This document shows, piece by piece, positions 18,280-27,248 of a DNA stretch of 50,072 nt (positions are counted from its first letter, which is position 1; the number at the start of each line of letters is the position of its first letter). The stretch is from Clostridia bacterium. GTDB taxonomy: Bacteria > Bacillota > Clostridia > Oscillospirales > CAG-272. Below the pieces are notes generated by a model. It searched no databases. It was not told the origin of the DNA and saw nothing but the letters and a program-made list of their open reading frames with translations. The stretch lies in contig JAGAPH010000152.1 in the NCBI GenBank assembly GCA_017623375.1, forward strand, positions 116,191 through 166,262, in the 5' to 3' direction. Position numbers and translations under genes: made by a program.

Positions 18280-19440
18280 ATGAAAAATATTCTTTGCTTG
18301 AATAAGATCGCTAAGATCGGAACAGATAAGCTCGATCCTAACGAATATAACGTAGGCACTGAGGTGGCAAGCCCCGACGCTATAATGGTTCGTTCCGCCG
18401 CTATGCACGATATGACCTTCGAGGGAAATATGGTTGCTATCGCACGTGCGGGCGCAGGTGTAAACAATATTCCCGTTGACCGTTGCGCAGCTGAGGGTAT
18501 CGTAGTATTCAATACTCCCGGTGCGAACGCAAACGGCGTTAAGGAGCTTGCTATTTGTGCGCTTATGCTCGCTTCCCGTGACGTTGTAGGCGGTATCAAG
18601 TGGGCAGATACGCTTGCGGGTACTGCAGACGTTGCAAAGGCAGTAGAGAAGGGCAAGTCTCAGTTTGCGGGTGTTGAGATAAAGGGTAAGACTCTCGGTG
18701 TTATCGGTCTCGGTGCTATTGGCGGTTTGGTGGCAAATGCTGCGGTACAGCTTGGCATGAAAGTAGTAGGCTGCGACCCCTTCCTCAGTGTTGACGCCGC
18801 TTGGAATATTGATAGCCGTGTTGAAAAGGCAGCTACGTTTGAGGACGTATTTAAGGTTGCTGATTACGTAACGCTCCATGTTCCCGCAACCAAGGATACT
18901 AAGGGAATGATCTGCGCAAAGAGTCTGGAAGAAATGAAGGACGGCGTAAGGATCATCAACCTTGCTCGTGCTGATCTGGTTAATTCCGCTGATATCAAGG
19001 AAGCCCTCAAGAGCGGTAAGGTAGCGGCTTACGTTACCGATTTCCCCACAGAGGAGACTGTTGGAGTGCCCGGTATCGTTGCAATTCCTCACCTCGGAGC
19101 GTCTACCGCTGAGTCCGAGGATAACTGCGCAGTGATGGCTGCTATGGAGCTTGACGAGTATCTGCGTTACGGTAACATCAAGAATAGCGTAAACTTCCCG
19201 AATGTTTCTATGCCCATGAGCGGAGATAAGAGAATTTGTGTTCTTCACGCAAATATCCCCAATATCCTTTCTCAGATCACAAGTTCTATTGGCGAGACAG
19301 GCGCTAACATTGAGAACATGATGAATAAGTCTAAGGGAGATAACGCATACACGGTCGTTGATGTAACGGGAACAGTTGCAGATGACGTTGTTGCAAAGCT
19401 TTCCGCAATTGAAGGCATCGCGAGAGTAAGAGTTATCTAA
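18280..19440 (+). CDS. serA: D-3-phosphoglycerate dehydrogenase with C-terminal ACT-like domain
   Basis: GLGAIGGLVA NAD(P) loop and a 2-hydroxyacid dehydrogenase core. The C-terminal tail of about 70 aa (YTVVDVTG..IARVRVI) looks ACT-like. It is adjacent to serC. Confidence 0.9.
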   Translation: MKNILCLNKIAKIGTDKLDPNEYNVGTEVASPDAIMVRSAAMHDMTFEGNMVAIARAGAGVNNIPVDRCAAEGIVVFNTPGANANGVKELAICALMLASRDVVGGIKWADTLAGTADVAKAVEKGKSQFAGVEIKGKTLGVIGLGAIGGLVANAAVQLGMKVVGCDPFLSVDAAWNIDSRVEKAATFEDVFKVADYVTLHVPATKDTKGMICAKSLEEMKDGVRIINLARADLVNSADIKEALKSGKVAAYVTDFPTEETVGVPGIVAIPHLGASTAESEDNCAVMAAMELDEYLRYGNIKNSVNFPNVSMPMSGDKRICVLHANIPNILSQITSSIGETGANIENMMNKSKGDNAYTVVDVTGTVADDVVAKLSAIEGIARVRVI

Positions 19441-19474
19441 GCTACATATTGTAATTTCCTTATGAATACGGTTT

Positions 19475-19514
19475 ACCGCATACAGTTCATTCCCTGAATT
19501 GTATGCGGTTTTCT
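19475..19514 (+). terminator. intrinsic terminator after serA
   Basis: A 15-bp stem, ACCGCATACAGTTCA / TGAATTGTATGCGGT with one G-U pair, is followed by TTTTCT. Confidence 0.85.
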
Positions 19515-19539
19515 GCGTTTAATATAGAGATAAAATAAC

Positions 19540-19568
19540 TTGATTTATTTGAAGTGTTGTGATATAAT
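19540..19568 (+). promoter_or_regulatory. promoter for the 19608 ORF
   Basis: TTGATT-17 nt-TATAAT with a TGn extended -10. Confidence 0.6.
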
Positions 19569-19607
19569 AATAAAAAGTGAAAATTAACTTGATCTTGAGG
19601 TGATAAA

Positions 19608-19952
19608 TTGAGTCCTTCCACTTACATACCAATAATTTTTATGTTCTTGGTCTTATGTATTTTATTGCGAAACAGAAAAGCCGTAATAGCTAAAAAAACA
19701 ATCAAAAAAAGAAAAACGGAGGATAAAAGGAAAATGATAGAGCTTGCAAAAAGGTTTATTGGGAAAGAGTGTTTAATAAGCGCGTTTGACAGTAATCATC
19801 AATTTGAGGGAACTATAGTGGAGGTAAACGACGGCGCTATTTTGATCGAGAATAAGAACGGAAGCGAAGTGATCAATCTTGATTTTGTTATCCGTATCAG
19901 AGAATTCCCGAGAAAACCCAATGGAAAGAAAAAGTCGGTAGTTTTAGACTGA
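19608..19952 (+). CDS. hypothetical protein: N-terminal TM helix, Lys-rich linker, small C-terminal beta-rich domain
   Basis: TTG start. An alternative ATG at 19732 (MIELAKRF..) has its own AGGA-type RBS, so the true product may be only 73 aa. No family recognised. Confidence 0.5.
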   Translation: MSPSTYIPIIFMFLVLCILLRNRKAVIAKKTIKKRKTEDKRKMIELAKRFIGKECLISAFDSNHQFEGTIVEVNDGAILIENKNGSEVINLDFVIRIREFPRKPNGKKKSVVLD

Positions 19953-19977
19953 AATATTAATCATACTACATATAAAG

Positions 19978-20014
19978 AAACACGCGAAAGTCATTTGACT
20001 TCCGCGTGTTTTGT
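19978..20014. terminator. bidirectional terminator between the 19608 ORF (+) and the DUF815 ATPase (-)
   Basis: A long stem, AAACACGCGAAAGTCA / TGACTTCCGCGTGTTT with one mismatch, has an A-rich 5' flank and TTTTG 3' flank. Confidence 0.75.
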
Positions 20015-20049
20015 GCTATTGATCAAAAAAACGGTTAACCTATCTGTAA

Positions 20050-21354
20050 TTATTTTTTCTGTCCGCAAAGATGATTTACAAATTGCTGAGCAGTGCGTCC
20101 CGATATACCGCCGTTGCGCATTTCCCAACGGTGAGCCTCAAGAAGTATTTCCTCTCGGGACATACTTATGTCGCCATTCCTCTTAACAAGCTCCATAACG
20201 ATATCGTCAAATTCATTTCTTGACGGTTTCATGTATCCTATAGATAGTCCGAATCGGTTGACAAGTGACATCTTCTCCTCAATGGTTTCAGAGCGGTGAA
20301 TGTCTCCATCTATCTCGGAATCCGTTCTGTCCTTCCAGGTTTCCTTAATGAGGTGGCGTCTGTTTGATGTGGCATATATCAATACGTTGTCGGGCTTTGT
20401 CTCCACTCCGCCCTCAATGATAGCTTTCAGATATTTGTATTCGATCTCCTGCTCCTCAAAGGAAAGGTCGTCCATATAAATGATAAAGCGATAGTTTCTG
20501 TTCTTTATCTCCGAGATTATTCTCGAAAGATAACGGAACTGATGCTTGTATATTTCTATCATTCGCAGACCGCTGTCGTAATATTTATTTACGATAGCCT
20601 TGATGCTTGTGGATTTTCCCGTTCCGCTATCACCGTAAAGAAGAACGTTGTTAGCACCTCTGCCATGAACGAATGCTTCGGTATTTTCTATTAGAGCCTT
20701 CTTTTGGAGCTCGTATCCAACGAGATCGTCAAGGTTGACAGGCTCCATATTTGTAATGGGGCGCATGGTAACGCTATCGTCTCCTTCAAGACGGAAAGCT
20801 TTATTGAGACCGTACATTCCAACACCGTAATCGCGGTAGAAGCAAGCTACGGCGTTAAATACCTGTTCTCCGTCTGTCGCTTGCTCGATTTGAGCGGATA
20901 GCGCGCGGACCTTTTCACTGACGTTTTTGTTGTAGATCTGCTCACGCTTGGAAATAGCATGGTAGTTTGAGATAACGGAAAAGCAATTTATGCCAAGCTC
21001 GGCTTCAATTCTTGAAAAATCAAAATCAAACAGATCTTTAAATACAGTGAAATCGTTTATAGCGAAAATGTTTACCGTACCCTCCTGCTTGCCTGCCTTT
21101 TCGTATGTAAGACTGAATGGGTTTTCATCCGTTATCATAAGATATGTAAGGTAATTATGCCATAGATTGTTGTCAAACCCATATTTTGTAGATACCTCTA
21201 AAAGTCTTCGGATCTGAACGTATATCTCGGAGCGAAGCTGCTCGGGTGACGCTTCCTTTTTGTCAAATCGTTCAAAAACATGCCCGAGGGAGGACAGTAT
21301 GCTATCCTTGTTGGTGTGATTATAAATTATTAGCTTTGATATTTGTCTGTACAT
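20050..21354 (-). CDS. DUF815-family AAA-type ATPase with long N-terminal extension
   Basis: Walker A YGDSGTGKST and Walker B IIYMDDLSF are present. The block ..EYKYLKAIIEGG.. is typical of DUF815 as I recall it. 434 aa. Confidence 0.8.
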   Translation of the reverse strand: MYRQISKLIIYNHTNKDSILSSLGHVFERFDKKEASPEQLRSEIYVQIRRLLEVSTKYGFDNNLWHNYLTYLMITDENPFSLTYEKAGKQEGTVNIFAINDFTVFKDLFDFDFSRIEAELGINCFSVISNYHAISKREQIYNKNVSEKVRALSAQIEQATDGEQVFNAVACFYRDYGVGMYGLNKAFRLEGDDSVTMRPITNMEPVNLDDLVGYELQKKALIENTEAFVHGRGANNVLLYGDSGTGKSTSIKAIVNKYYDSGLRMIEIYKHQFRYLSRIISEIKNRNYRFIIYMDDLSFEEQEIEYKYLKAIIEGGVETKPDNVLIYATSNRRHLIKETWKDRTDSEIDGDIHRSETIEEKMSLVNRFGLSIGYMKPSRNEFDDIVMELVKRNGDISMSREEILLEAHRWEMRNGGISGRTAQQFVNHLCGQKK

Positions 21355-21383
21355 ATGTTTTACCTCTGATAAAATATAAAGTT

Positions 21384-21412
21384 ATTATACAACCAATAGC
21401 TTGAATTGTCAA
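21384..21412 (-). promoter_or_regulatory. consensus sigma-A promoter for the DUF815 ATPase gene
   Basis: The minus strand reads TTGACA-17 nt-TATAAT, a perfect match to both hexamers and the spacing. Confidence 0.75.
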
Positions 21413-21422
21413 TAAAAACATT

Positions 21423-21452
21423 AAAAAATGCCCTCGGTAATGAGCCGAGGGC
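21423..21452 (-). terminator. intrinsic terminator after the polytopic membrane protein gene
   Basis: The minus strand reads GCCCTCGG-CTCATTA-CCGAGGGC followed by ATTTTTT. Confidence 0.85.
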
Positions 21453-21462
21453 GATCTTTGCG

Positions 21463-22776
21463 TTAAGCCTTTCTGAGCTTTGATATCATTTCGTTTTTTA
21501 TTACTCCCGCACACTCCGTTACAAATATCGTTATTACCGCTAAAGAATGAATAATGAAATTTTTAGGAAGAATAAACGGGGTAAAGAAAATGAATAAAAA
21601 CAGGACAAGATAAAGTCTTTGCTTGAATTTTGGAAGGTCGTCATACGATCTGAGAAACTGCATAAAAGGGATCAGCATGAATATCAGTACGTAAAAATAT
21701 GAAATACTCGGAATAAGAATGACTATCGAAGAAGCGATAGCGCATCTTGCAAGCTCGGATCTTGTATATATTGCCGTTACCGTTGCTACCAAGAAGACAA
21801 TTATCAACAGACAAAGATTGATATTGCCGAAAGCCGAGCTATCCGCCGCAGCGGGAGAGAAAACATAAAATATTTTGTAAAGTATAGAGGTGATCGATAA
21901 ATTATTTCCTGCTATAAGACGCAGGTTGTTTGACATAAAACCGCCAAGATTATCAAAGAAGGGAAGAAAATCGTCCATTCCTCTGAATAGCAAAAACGAC
22001 AGAAGGAAGATAGTTACAGTGTATATGCCTATCCTAAGCGAAGCCCATATCTTTTTCTTACAAAGAAGAAATACTCCAAAGAAGAGCGGGTATATTTTTA
22101 TTAGTCCTGCAATCACCAAACACAGATACCCAAGCTCTCTGAGAAATGCGTTTTCGCTTCGGTAAAGAAGAAAGAAGAGCAAAAGAAATATCATGGCGAA
22201 ATAAATGGTATTTCCTCGCATGACTGTATAAACGAAGGGAGCGGATAAAATGATGATTATTCCGGTTTTGATCGCGGCACGCTGTGGAAGCCTATATATT
22301 CCAACCACCGTTATTATTATAAGAGAAGAGCATATAGCGAAAAAAAGAATAAGCGAGATCCAAAATTCTGAATGAAGAATTACACGCGACGTAAGCTCAT
22401 CAACAGTAAGTGACATATCTGAATATTTAGCAAAAACGCCTTTGCATATCAGAGCGAATGGATAAAGTATCGCTATGGCGATGGGGGGATATGATGAATC
22501 CTCAACAAGATAAGGACTTTCCTCAAGAGATACGTTCATTATAAAAACAAAATCTGAAAATATGCCAAGCAGCCAATCAAAGGCATGATTTCCTGACGTG
22601 AGAGCGGCATAAGCGTAAACGTAATACAGTATGATACCAAGCATTGCCGCAAAGGTGCCCGCAAGCACGGAGTAGAAAAATATATTTAAAATTCTGTTCT
22701 GCTGAGGGGAAAGAGGTTCTTGCTTTGAAAAAAGACGGAAGCCTCTGTGCTCTGTCAGAGTAACGTTTGAATTCAT
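21463..22776 (-). CDS. polytopic integral membrane protein, function unknown (GT-C / DUF2029-like is only a guess)
   Basis: About 437 aa with at least 10 hydrophobic segments. ATG 22776 (MNSNVTL..) has a GAAAGG RBS; the ATG at 22791 has none. Confidence 0.65.
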   Translation of the reverse strand: MNSNVTLTEHRGFRLFSKQEPLSPQQNRILNIFFYSVLAGTFAAMLGIILYYVYAYAALTSGNHAFDWLLGIFSDFVFIMNVSLEESPYLVEDSSYPPIAIAILYPFALICKGVFAKYSDMSLTVDELTSRVILHSEFWISLILFFAICSSLIIITVVGIYRLPQRAAIKTGIIIILSAPFVYTVMRGNTIYFAMIFLLLFFLLYRSENAFLRELGYLCLVIAGLIKIYPLFFGVFLLCKKKIWASLRIGIYTVTIFLLSFLLFRGMDDFLPFFDNLGGFMSNNLRLIAGNNLSITSILYKIFYVFSPAAADSSAFGNINLCLLIIVFLVATVTAIYTRSELARCAIASSIVILIPSISYFYVLIFMLIPFMQFLRSYDDLPKFKQRLYLVLFLFIFFTPFILPKNFIIHSLAVITIFVTECAGVIKNEMISKLRKA

Positions 22777-22899
22777 AATATAACCTTTCATTGAATTTTA
22801 TAAATACACATAAAATTATATCATTTTTCCATGGATATGTCAACTCTTTTTTGAAAAAGCCGCTGAGAGTAACAATTTTCAACACCGCGTAAAAAACAC

Positions 22900-22928
22900 T
22901 TGATAATGGTCGAAAAAAATGATATAAT
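22900..22928 (+). promoter_or_regulatory. promoter for rsmE
   Basis: TTGATA-17 nt-TATAAT with a TGn extension. Confidence 0.65.
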
Positions 22929-22966
22929 TATATGTGTGCAAATACTGTATGATTTTGGAGATTTAT

Positions 22967-23728
22967 ATGCCACGTTTTTTCATAAGACAAGATCAGATCG
23001 ATAATGATATCATAACGCTTCGCGGTGATGACGCTCATCATATAGCCAGATCGTTAAGAATGGCGGTGGGGGAGAATATCACTGTTTGCGATATGCAAGG
23101 GAACCAGCATGAATGCCGTATAGAGTCCTTTGACGAGGATAGAGCGGTCACAGTAAGGATATTTTCCACATCTCATTCGGAGACTGAGCCGTGCTGTAGG
23201 GTGCGTCTTTTTCAGGCGCTTCCCAAGGGCGATAAGCTTGATACTGTCATTCAAAAGGCGGTGGAATGCGGTGTTTATGAGATAATACCGTTTGAGAGCG
23301 AAAGATGTATAGTAAAGGTAAAAAACGATTCTGAAGCGAGAAAGACGGAGCGTCGCAGGCGGATAGCGGAGGAAGCCGCGAAACAATGCGGAAGAAGTAT
23401 AGTCCCTAACGTAAGAGAAACAGTGACGTTTGAGGAGATGCTTCGTCTTGCCGCTCAAGCCGAGCTGGGCTTGTTTTGCTATGAGGGAGACGGAACTGTT
23501 CCTCTCGGAAGAATACTTGATCAGAGTTTTGTCCGCGGAGCGAGCGGAGAGTATCCCGATATTGCAGTGGTTATAGGCAGCGAGGGGGGGTTTTCAATAG
23601 ATGAAGCAAAAAAAGCTATCGATGGAGGAATGTGCGCTGTAGGTCTCGGTAAACGTATCCTAAGGACAGAAACCGCGCCTCTCTTCGTGCTTTCTTGCAT
23701 CGTGTGCGCCTCAGAATTAAGGGAATAA
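22967..23728 (+). CDS. rsmE: 16S rRNA (uracil1498-N3)-methyltransferase
   Basis: MPRFFI.. N-terminus with a PUA-like domain. SPOUT C-terminus with IGSEGGFS and LG.RILRTETA. Confidence 0.88.
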   Translation: MPRFFIRQDQIDNDIITLRGDDAHHIARSLRMAVGENITVCDMQGNQHECRIESFDEDRAVTVRIFSTSHSETEPCCRVRLFQALPKGDKLDTVIQKAVECGVYEIIPFESERCIVKVKNDSEARKTERRRRIAEEAAKQCGRSIVPNVRETVTFEEMLRLAAQAELGLFCYEGDGTVPLGRILDQSFVRGASGEYPDIAVVIGSEGGFSIDEAKKAIDGGMCAVGLGKRILRTETAPLFVLSCIVCASELRE

Positions 23729-23815
23729 ATAGATTTTTGACATGTTCAGATTTACTTATTAACTAATTTAAAAGAAAAAAATTGTAAAATTTTATAAAAA
23801 ATATTTGAAATGCTA

Positions 23816-23844
23816 TTGAAAAATCACAAAAAATAGTTTATAAT
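23816..23844 (+). promoter_or_regulatory. promoter for the PucR-type regulator
   Basis: TTGAAA-17 nt-TATAAT in an AT-rich intergenic region. Confidence 0.55.
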
Positions 23845-23900
23845 ATAGGGTAATATATACAATCCGAATTTTTTAATAAATTTTTGAGAGGTTTAAAGAT

Positions 23901-24986
23901 ATGTCAAACAGGTTATTTCAAGGCGTAATTTATCAGATGAAAGATGCTTTTGACCGTATTATCGGCGTTATCGACGATAACGGCGTGGTCATTTCCTGCT
24001 CGGATCTCGGAAAAATGGGAGATATCAGACAAGGAGTTCGCGAGGAGCTTTCTTTCTCAGCTGAGTTCATGGCTGTGGGAGGATATACCTACCGTTACAT
24101 GGGCACGGGACAGAAGTGCGAGTACATCGTTTTCGTTGAAGGCGAGGACAAGATGGCGGAGAAGATGTCCAAGCTTTTGGCTGTTTCCCTCGGTAACATT
24201 AAGGGGCTTTATGATGAAAAGTACGATAAGGGCTCCTTTATCAAGAATATTATCCTTGATAACATTCTTCCCAGTGACATATACATAAAGTCAAAGGAGC
24301 TTCATTTCAATACTGAGGAGCTTAGGATCGTATTTCTTATCAAGTTCTTTGGTAAGACAGATATGATGCCCTTCGAGATGCTTCAGAATATGTTTCCCGA
24401 CAAGTCCAGGGATTACGTCATCAGCGTTGGAGAGCACGATATAGTGCTCGTTAAGGAGCTTGACGCGGGAACTGAAATGAGAGACATAGAAAAGATAGCT
24501 GTAAATATCGCGGATACGCTTTCTACCGAGTTCTATACTAAGGTGGCTATCGGTATATCTACAATGGTAGATAACATAAAGGATCTTGCAAAGGCATATC
24601 AGGAGGCTCAGGTAGCGCTTGAGGTCGGAAAGGTATTTGAGACTGAAAAGAACATCATAAGCTACGAAAATCTTGGAATAGGAAGACTTATCTATCAGCT
24701 TCCCACAACACTTTGTGAGATGTTCCTTCAGGAGGTGTTCAAGAAGGGAAATCTTGAGTCCCTCGACAGAGAAACACTTATGACTATCCAGTGCTTCTTT
24801 GAAAACAATCTGAACGTGTCTGAAACCTCAAGAAAGCTTTTCGTTCACCGTAACACTCTTGTTTACAGACTTGAAAAGATTCGCAAGCTGACTGGGCTTG
24901 ACCTCAGAGAATTTGAGCATGCTATCACCTTTAAGGTAGCTCTCATGGTAAGAAAGTATTTGGATTCTAAGCCTGTTAAATTTTAA
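23901..24986 (+). CDS. PucR/CdaR-family transcriptional regulator
   Basis: The C-terminal helix-turn-helix NVSETSRKLFVHRNTLVYRLEKIRKLTG is the PucR-type HTH signature. GAGAGG RBS. Confidence 0.8.
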   Translation: MSNRLFQGVIYQMKDAFDRIIGVIDDNGVVISCSDLGKMGDIRQGVREELSFSAEFMAVGGYTYRYMGTGQKCEYIVFVEGEDKMAEKMSKLLAVSLGNIKGLYDEKYDKGSFIKNIILDNILPSDIYIKSKELHFNTEELRIVFLIKFFGKTDMMPFEMLQNMFPDKSRDYVISVGEHDIVLVKELDAGTEMRDIEKIAVNIADTLSTEFYTKVAIGISTMVDNIKDLAKAYQEAQVALEVGKVFETEKNIISYENLGIGRLIYQLPTTLCEMFLQEVFKKGNLESLDRETLMTIQCFFENNLNVSETSRKLFVHRNTLVYRLEKIRKLTGLDLREFEHAITFKVALMVRKYLDSKPVKF

Positions 24987-24994
24987 TTGAATTT

Positions 24995-25031
24995 GCGGAA
25001 TACTCCGCCTAAGCGGGGTATTTCGCTTTTG
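24995..25031 (+). terminator. intrinsic terminator after the PucR-type regulator
   Basis: A GCGGAATACTCCGC-CTAA-GCGGGGTATTTCGC stem with two G-U pairs is followed by TTTT. Confidence 0.8.
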
Positions 25032-25126
25032 AATGCGTTACATAATTTTTTGACATTTGATTTTTCTGACGTTTCAATGACATATATTGAAATAGAAAAA
25101 TTTAATGAAAGCGAGATTCTCTTATA

Positions 25127-26677
25127 ATGTGTGAAGAAAACAAAAATAATCCCGATAATTCAGAAATGCTGAATGACAGTAATGGTAACGAGATTGGCGA
25201 GACGAATTCTTCTTGTCCTGTTACGGATAATGTAGAGAACAGTACGGATCCCCAATCGGTTTCAAATATCTCCTCTGAGCTTTTGAGCGATAGTGTCGAT
25301 GCTCAAAGGGAAAGAAAACGCATTCGCGTATCACTTACCACCCTTGTATGTGCTTGTGTTGCGGTTTGCTTGGCAGCCGTAATGCTGACGTTTACCATAT
25401 GCAGTAGCGTATATCAGTTAAAGCTTGCCCAGGCAAAACATGAGAACACAAACGCCGGTACGCCCACACAGACACTTGGCAGCTTTGACGAGCTTGAGCT
25501 TCTCAAGCAGATATTTGAAGCTTATTCGTTTCAAGAGCTGAATGAGGAAGAGATACTTGCCGAGGTCTTAAAAGCCTATGTAAGAGCTACGGGAGATGCC
25601 TACGCGGAGTATTATACCGATGAAGAGTATAAGGCTCTTATGGAAAATATGGCTGGAGAGTCTCAGGGGATCGGCATAAACGTAATTAATTCCAAGGTCG
25701 AAGTAGGCGGAAATGAATATAAGGCTCTTAAGGTCATAAACGTTATGAAGGATTCTCCCGCTGAAAAGGCAAACGTTAAATTCGGTGATTATATAATAGC
25801 CGTAGGTACGGAGGCTGAAAACACCACCTTTAATAAACTGGGATACGACAAAGGACTTTCGATGCTGCAGGGCGTTAAGGGAACCTTGGCGGAATTTATT
25901 TCGGTAAGACTTGTTGACGAAGAATACCAAACCATAGCGTTTTCAGTAATGAGGGACGAGTTTAAGACCATGTCTATAATGTCAACGTCAATAGCTGATC
26001 CTACCGACGGTTCAAAGATCGGCATAGTAAAGCTTATTCAGTTTGACAGTACAACTCCCACTCAGTTTGAGGAGGCAGTGGATTCCCTCAGAGCGCAAGG
26101 CTGCGAAAAATTTGTTTTTGACGTCAGATATAATCCAGGCGGAGAGCTTACCTCCATCGTGGCTGTTTTGAGTTATTTCCTCGATGAGGGAGATACGGTA
26201 ATAAGTGTAAAGGATAACAAGGGAAAGGGTGATGTAACGTACGTAACTCCCGTTGAATATGACGACGAAATGTATAGCGATGTCTATAAAGAGGACATCG
26301 GAAAATACAAGGATCTTATAGGAAGATCGGTGGTTCTTTGCAATGGGAATACAGCCAGTGCGGCAGAACTTTTTGTGGCAAATTTCCGCGATCACAGTCT
26401 TGGTACTATCGTTGGCGAGACCACGTACGGTAAGGGAAGTATGCAAAGCTATATGTCGCTTTCGTATTTCGGTTATGACGGAGTTCTCAAAATGACACGT
26501 CACATGTACTACCCGCCAAACGGAGAAAGCTACGAGGGGATAGGAATTGAGCCTAATGAGACCGTAGAGTTGTCTGAAGAGGCAAAAAAGTATAATATTT
26601 ACGATATTTTTGGAAACGCAGATATCGATAATCAGCTTTCCAAAGCAATAAACATTTTAAATAATAACAAGGATTAA
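25127..26677 (+). CDS. S41-family C-terminal processing peptidase, membrane-anchored
   Basis: N-terminal low-complexity region, then one TM helix (LVCACVAVCLAAVMLTF), a PDZ-like segment (GDYIIAVG), catalytic Ser block GNTASAAE and Lys block TYGKGS. There is no clear RBS, so the start is uncertain. Confidence 0.82.
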   Translation: MCEENKNNPDNSEMLNDSNGNEIGETNSSCPVTDNVENSTDPQSVSNISSELLSDSVDAQRERKRIRVSLTTLVCACVAVCLAAVMLTFTICSSVYQLKLAQAKHENTNAGTPTQTLGSFDELELLKQIFEAYSFQELNEEEILAEVLKAYVRATGDAYAEYYTDEEYKALMENMAGESQGIGINVINSKVEVGGNEYKALKVINVMKDSPAEKANVKFGDYIIAVGTEAENTTFNKLGYDKGLSMLQGVKGTLAEFISVRLVDEEYQTIAFSVMRDEFKTMSIMSTSIADPTDGSKIGIVKLIQFDSTTPTQFEEAVDSLRAQGCEKFVFDVRYNPGGELTSIVAVLSYFLDEGDTVISVKDNKGKGDVTYVTPVEYDDEMYSDVYKEDIGKYKDLIGRSVVLCNGNTASAAELFVANFRDHSLGTIVGETTYGKGSMQSYMSLSYFGYDGVLKMTRHMYYPPNGESYEGIGIEPNETVELSEEAKKYNIYDIFGNADIDNQLSKAINILNNNKD

Positions 26678-26689
26678 GGAGACAGGACA

Positions 26690-27163
26690 ATGGCAGAAAA
26701 GCAGAAGTATACAAAAGAAGGCTTTCAGAAGCTTAACGATGAATATGAGTACCTTACAAAGGTAAAGAGAGAAGAGGTAAAGACCGCTATCGCAGAGGCG
26801 AGATCCTTTGGAGACCTTTCCGAGAACTCTGAATATGATGAGGCGAGAAATGAGCAGGCAAAGGTTGAGTCTCGCATAAAGGAGCTGGAGGAGCTTATAC
26901 GCAATGCTGAGGTCACAAGTGACGAGGATATAGACGAAAGCATCGTTGGTCTTGGCTCATACGTAAAGATAATTAAAAACGGCGTTGAGATCGAGTACAG
27001 TATAGTTGGATCAAACGAGGCGAATCCTTTTGAAAATAAGATCTCCGATATGTCTCTTGTAGGTAAGTCTCTTATTGGAAAAAGAGCAGGCGATGAGATC
27101 GAGGTGAAAACTAACGCGGGTCAGGTCGTTATCAAGGTTCTTGAGGTCTCAAGAGCAAAGTGA
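26690..27163 (+). CDS. greA: transcription elongation factor GreA
   Basis: 157 aa. GDLSENSEYDEA acidic finger-tip motif, a coiled-coil N-terminus and a globular C-terminus. Confidence 0.93.
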   Translation: MAEKQKYTKEGFQKLNDEYEYLTKVKREEVKTAIAEARSFGDLSENSEYDEARNEQAKVESRIKELEELIRNAEVTSDEDIDESIVGLGSYVKIIKNGVEIEYSIVGSNEANPFENKISDMSLVGKSLIGKRAGDEIEVKTNAGQVVIKVLEVSRAK

Positions 27164-27175
27164 TCTAAAAAGCAT

Positions 27176-27217
27176 CGGGGGGTAGTCGCATGAGGTCTTG
27201 CGATATCCCCCGTTTTT
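27176..27217 (+). terminator. intrinsic terminator after greA
   Basis: An imperfect stem, CGGGGGGTAGTCGCA / TGCGATATCCCCCG, is followed by TTTTT. Confidence 0.75.
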
Positions 27218-27248
27218 GAAGCAATAGTGAAGAGTTAAGAGGTATATC

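Noticed and set aside
17410-19248. A 612-aa ORF on the minus strand spanning serC, the intergenic spacer and most of serA. It is the longest antisense ORF in the window.
   Set aside because: Its codons are in register with the sense codons. serC (17104), serA (18280) and the ORF end (17410) all have coordinate mod 3 = 1. Antisense stops would therefore require sense TTA, CTA or TCA codons, which these strongly biased genes avoid (Leu is mostly CTT/CTC). The product is Cys/His/Ser/Ile/Asn-rich with no motif, RBS or promoter. It is a codon-bias artefact, not a gene.
20050-22776. The AAA-type ATPase plus membrane protein as a possible anti-phage defence pair.
   Set aside because: No nuclease, protease, TIR, SIR2 or other effector domain is recognisable. 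The genes have separate transcription signals and host-like composition, and no mobile-element context surrounds them. DUF815 is, as far as I recall, a broadly conserved housekeeping-type family.
25122-25129. TATAAT overlapping ATG 25127, suggesting a leaderless S41 protease mRNA.
   Set aside because: A -10 element overlapping the start codon cannot place the transcription start at the A of that ATG. A TTGACA-17-TTCAAT arrangement further upstream is a better, though still weak, candidate.
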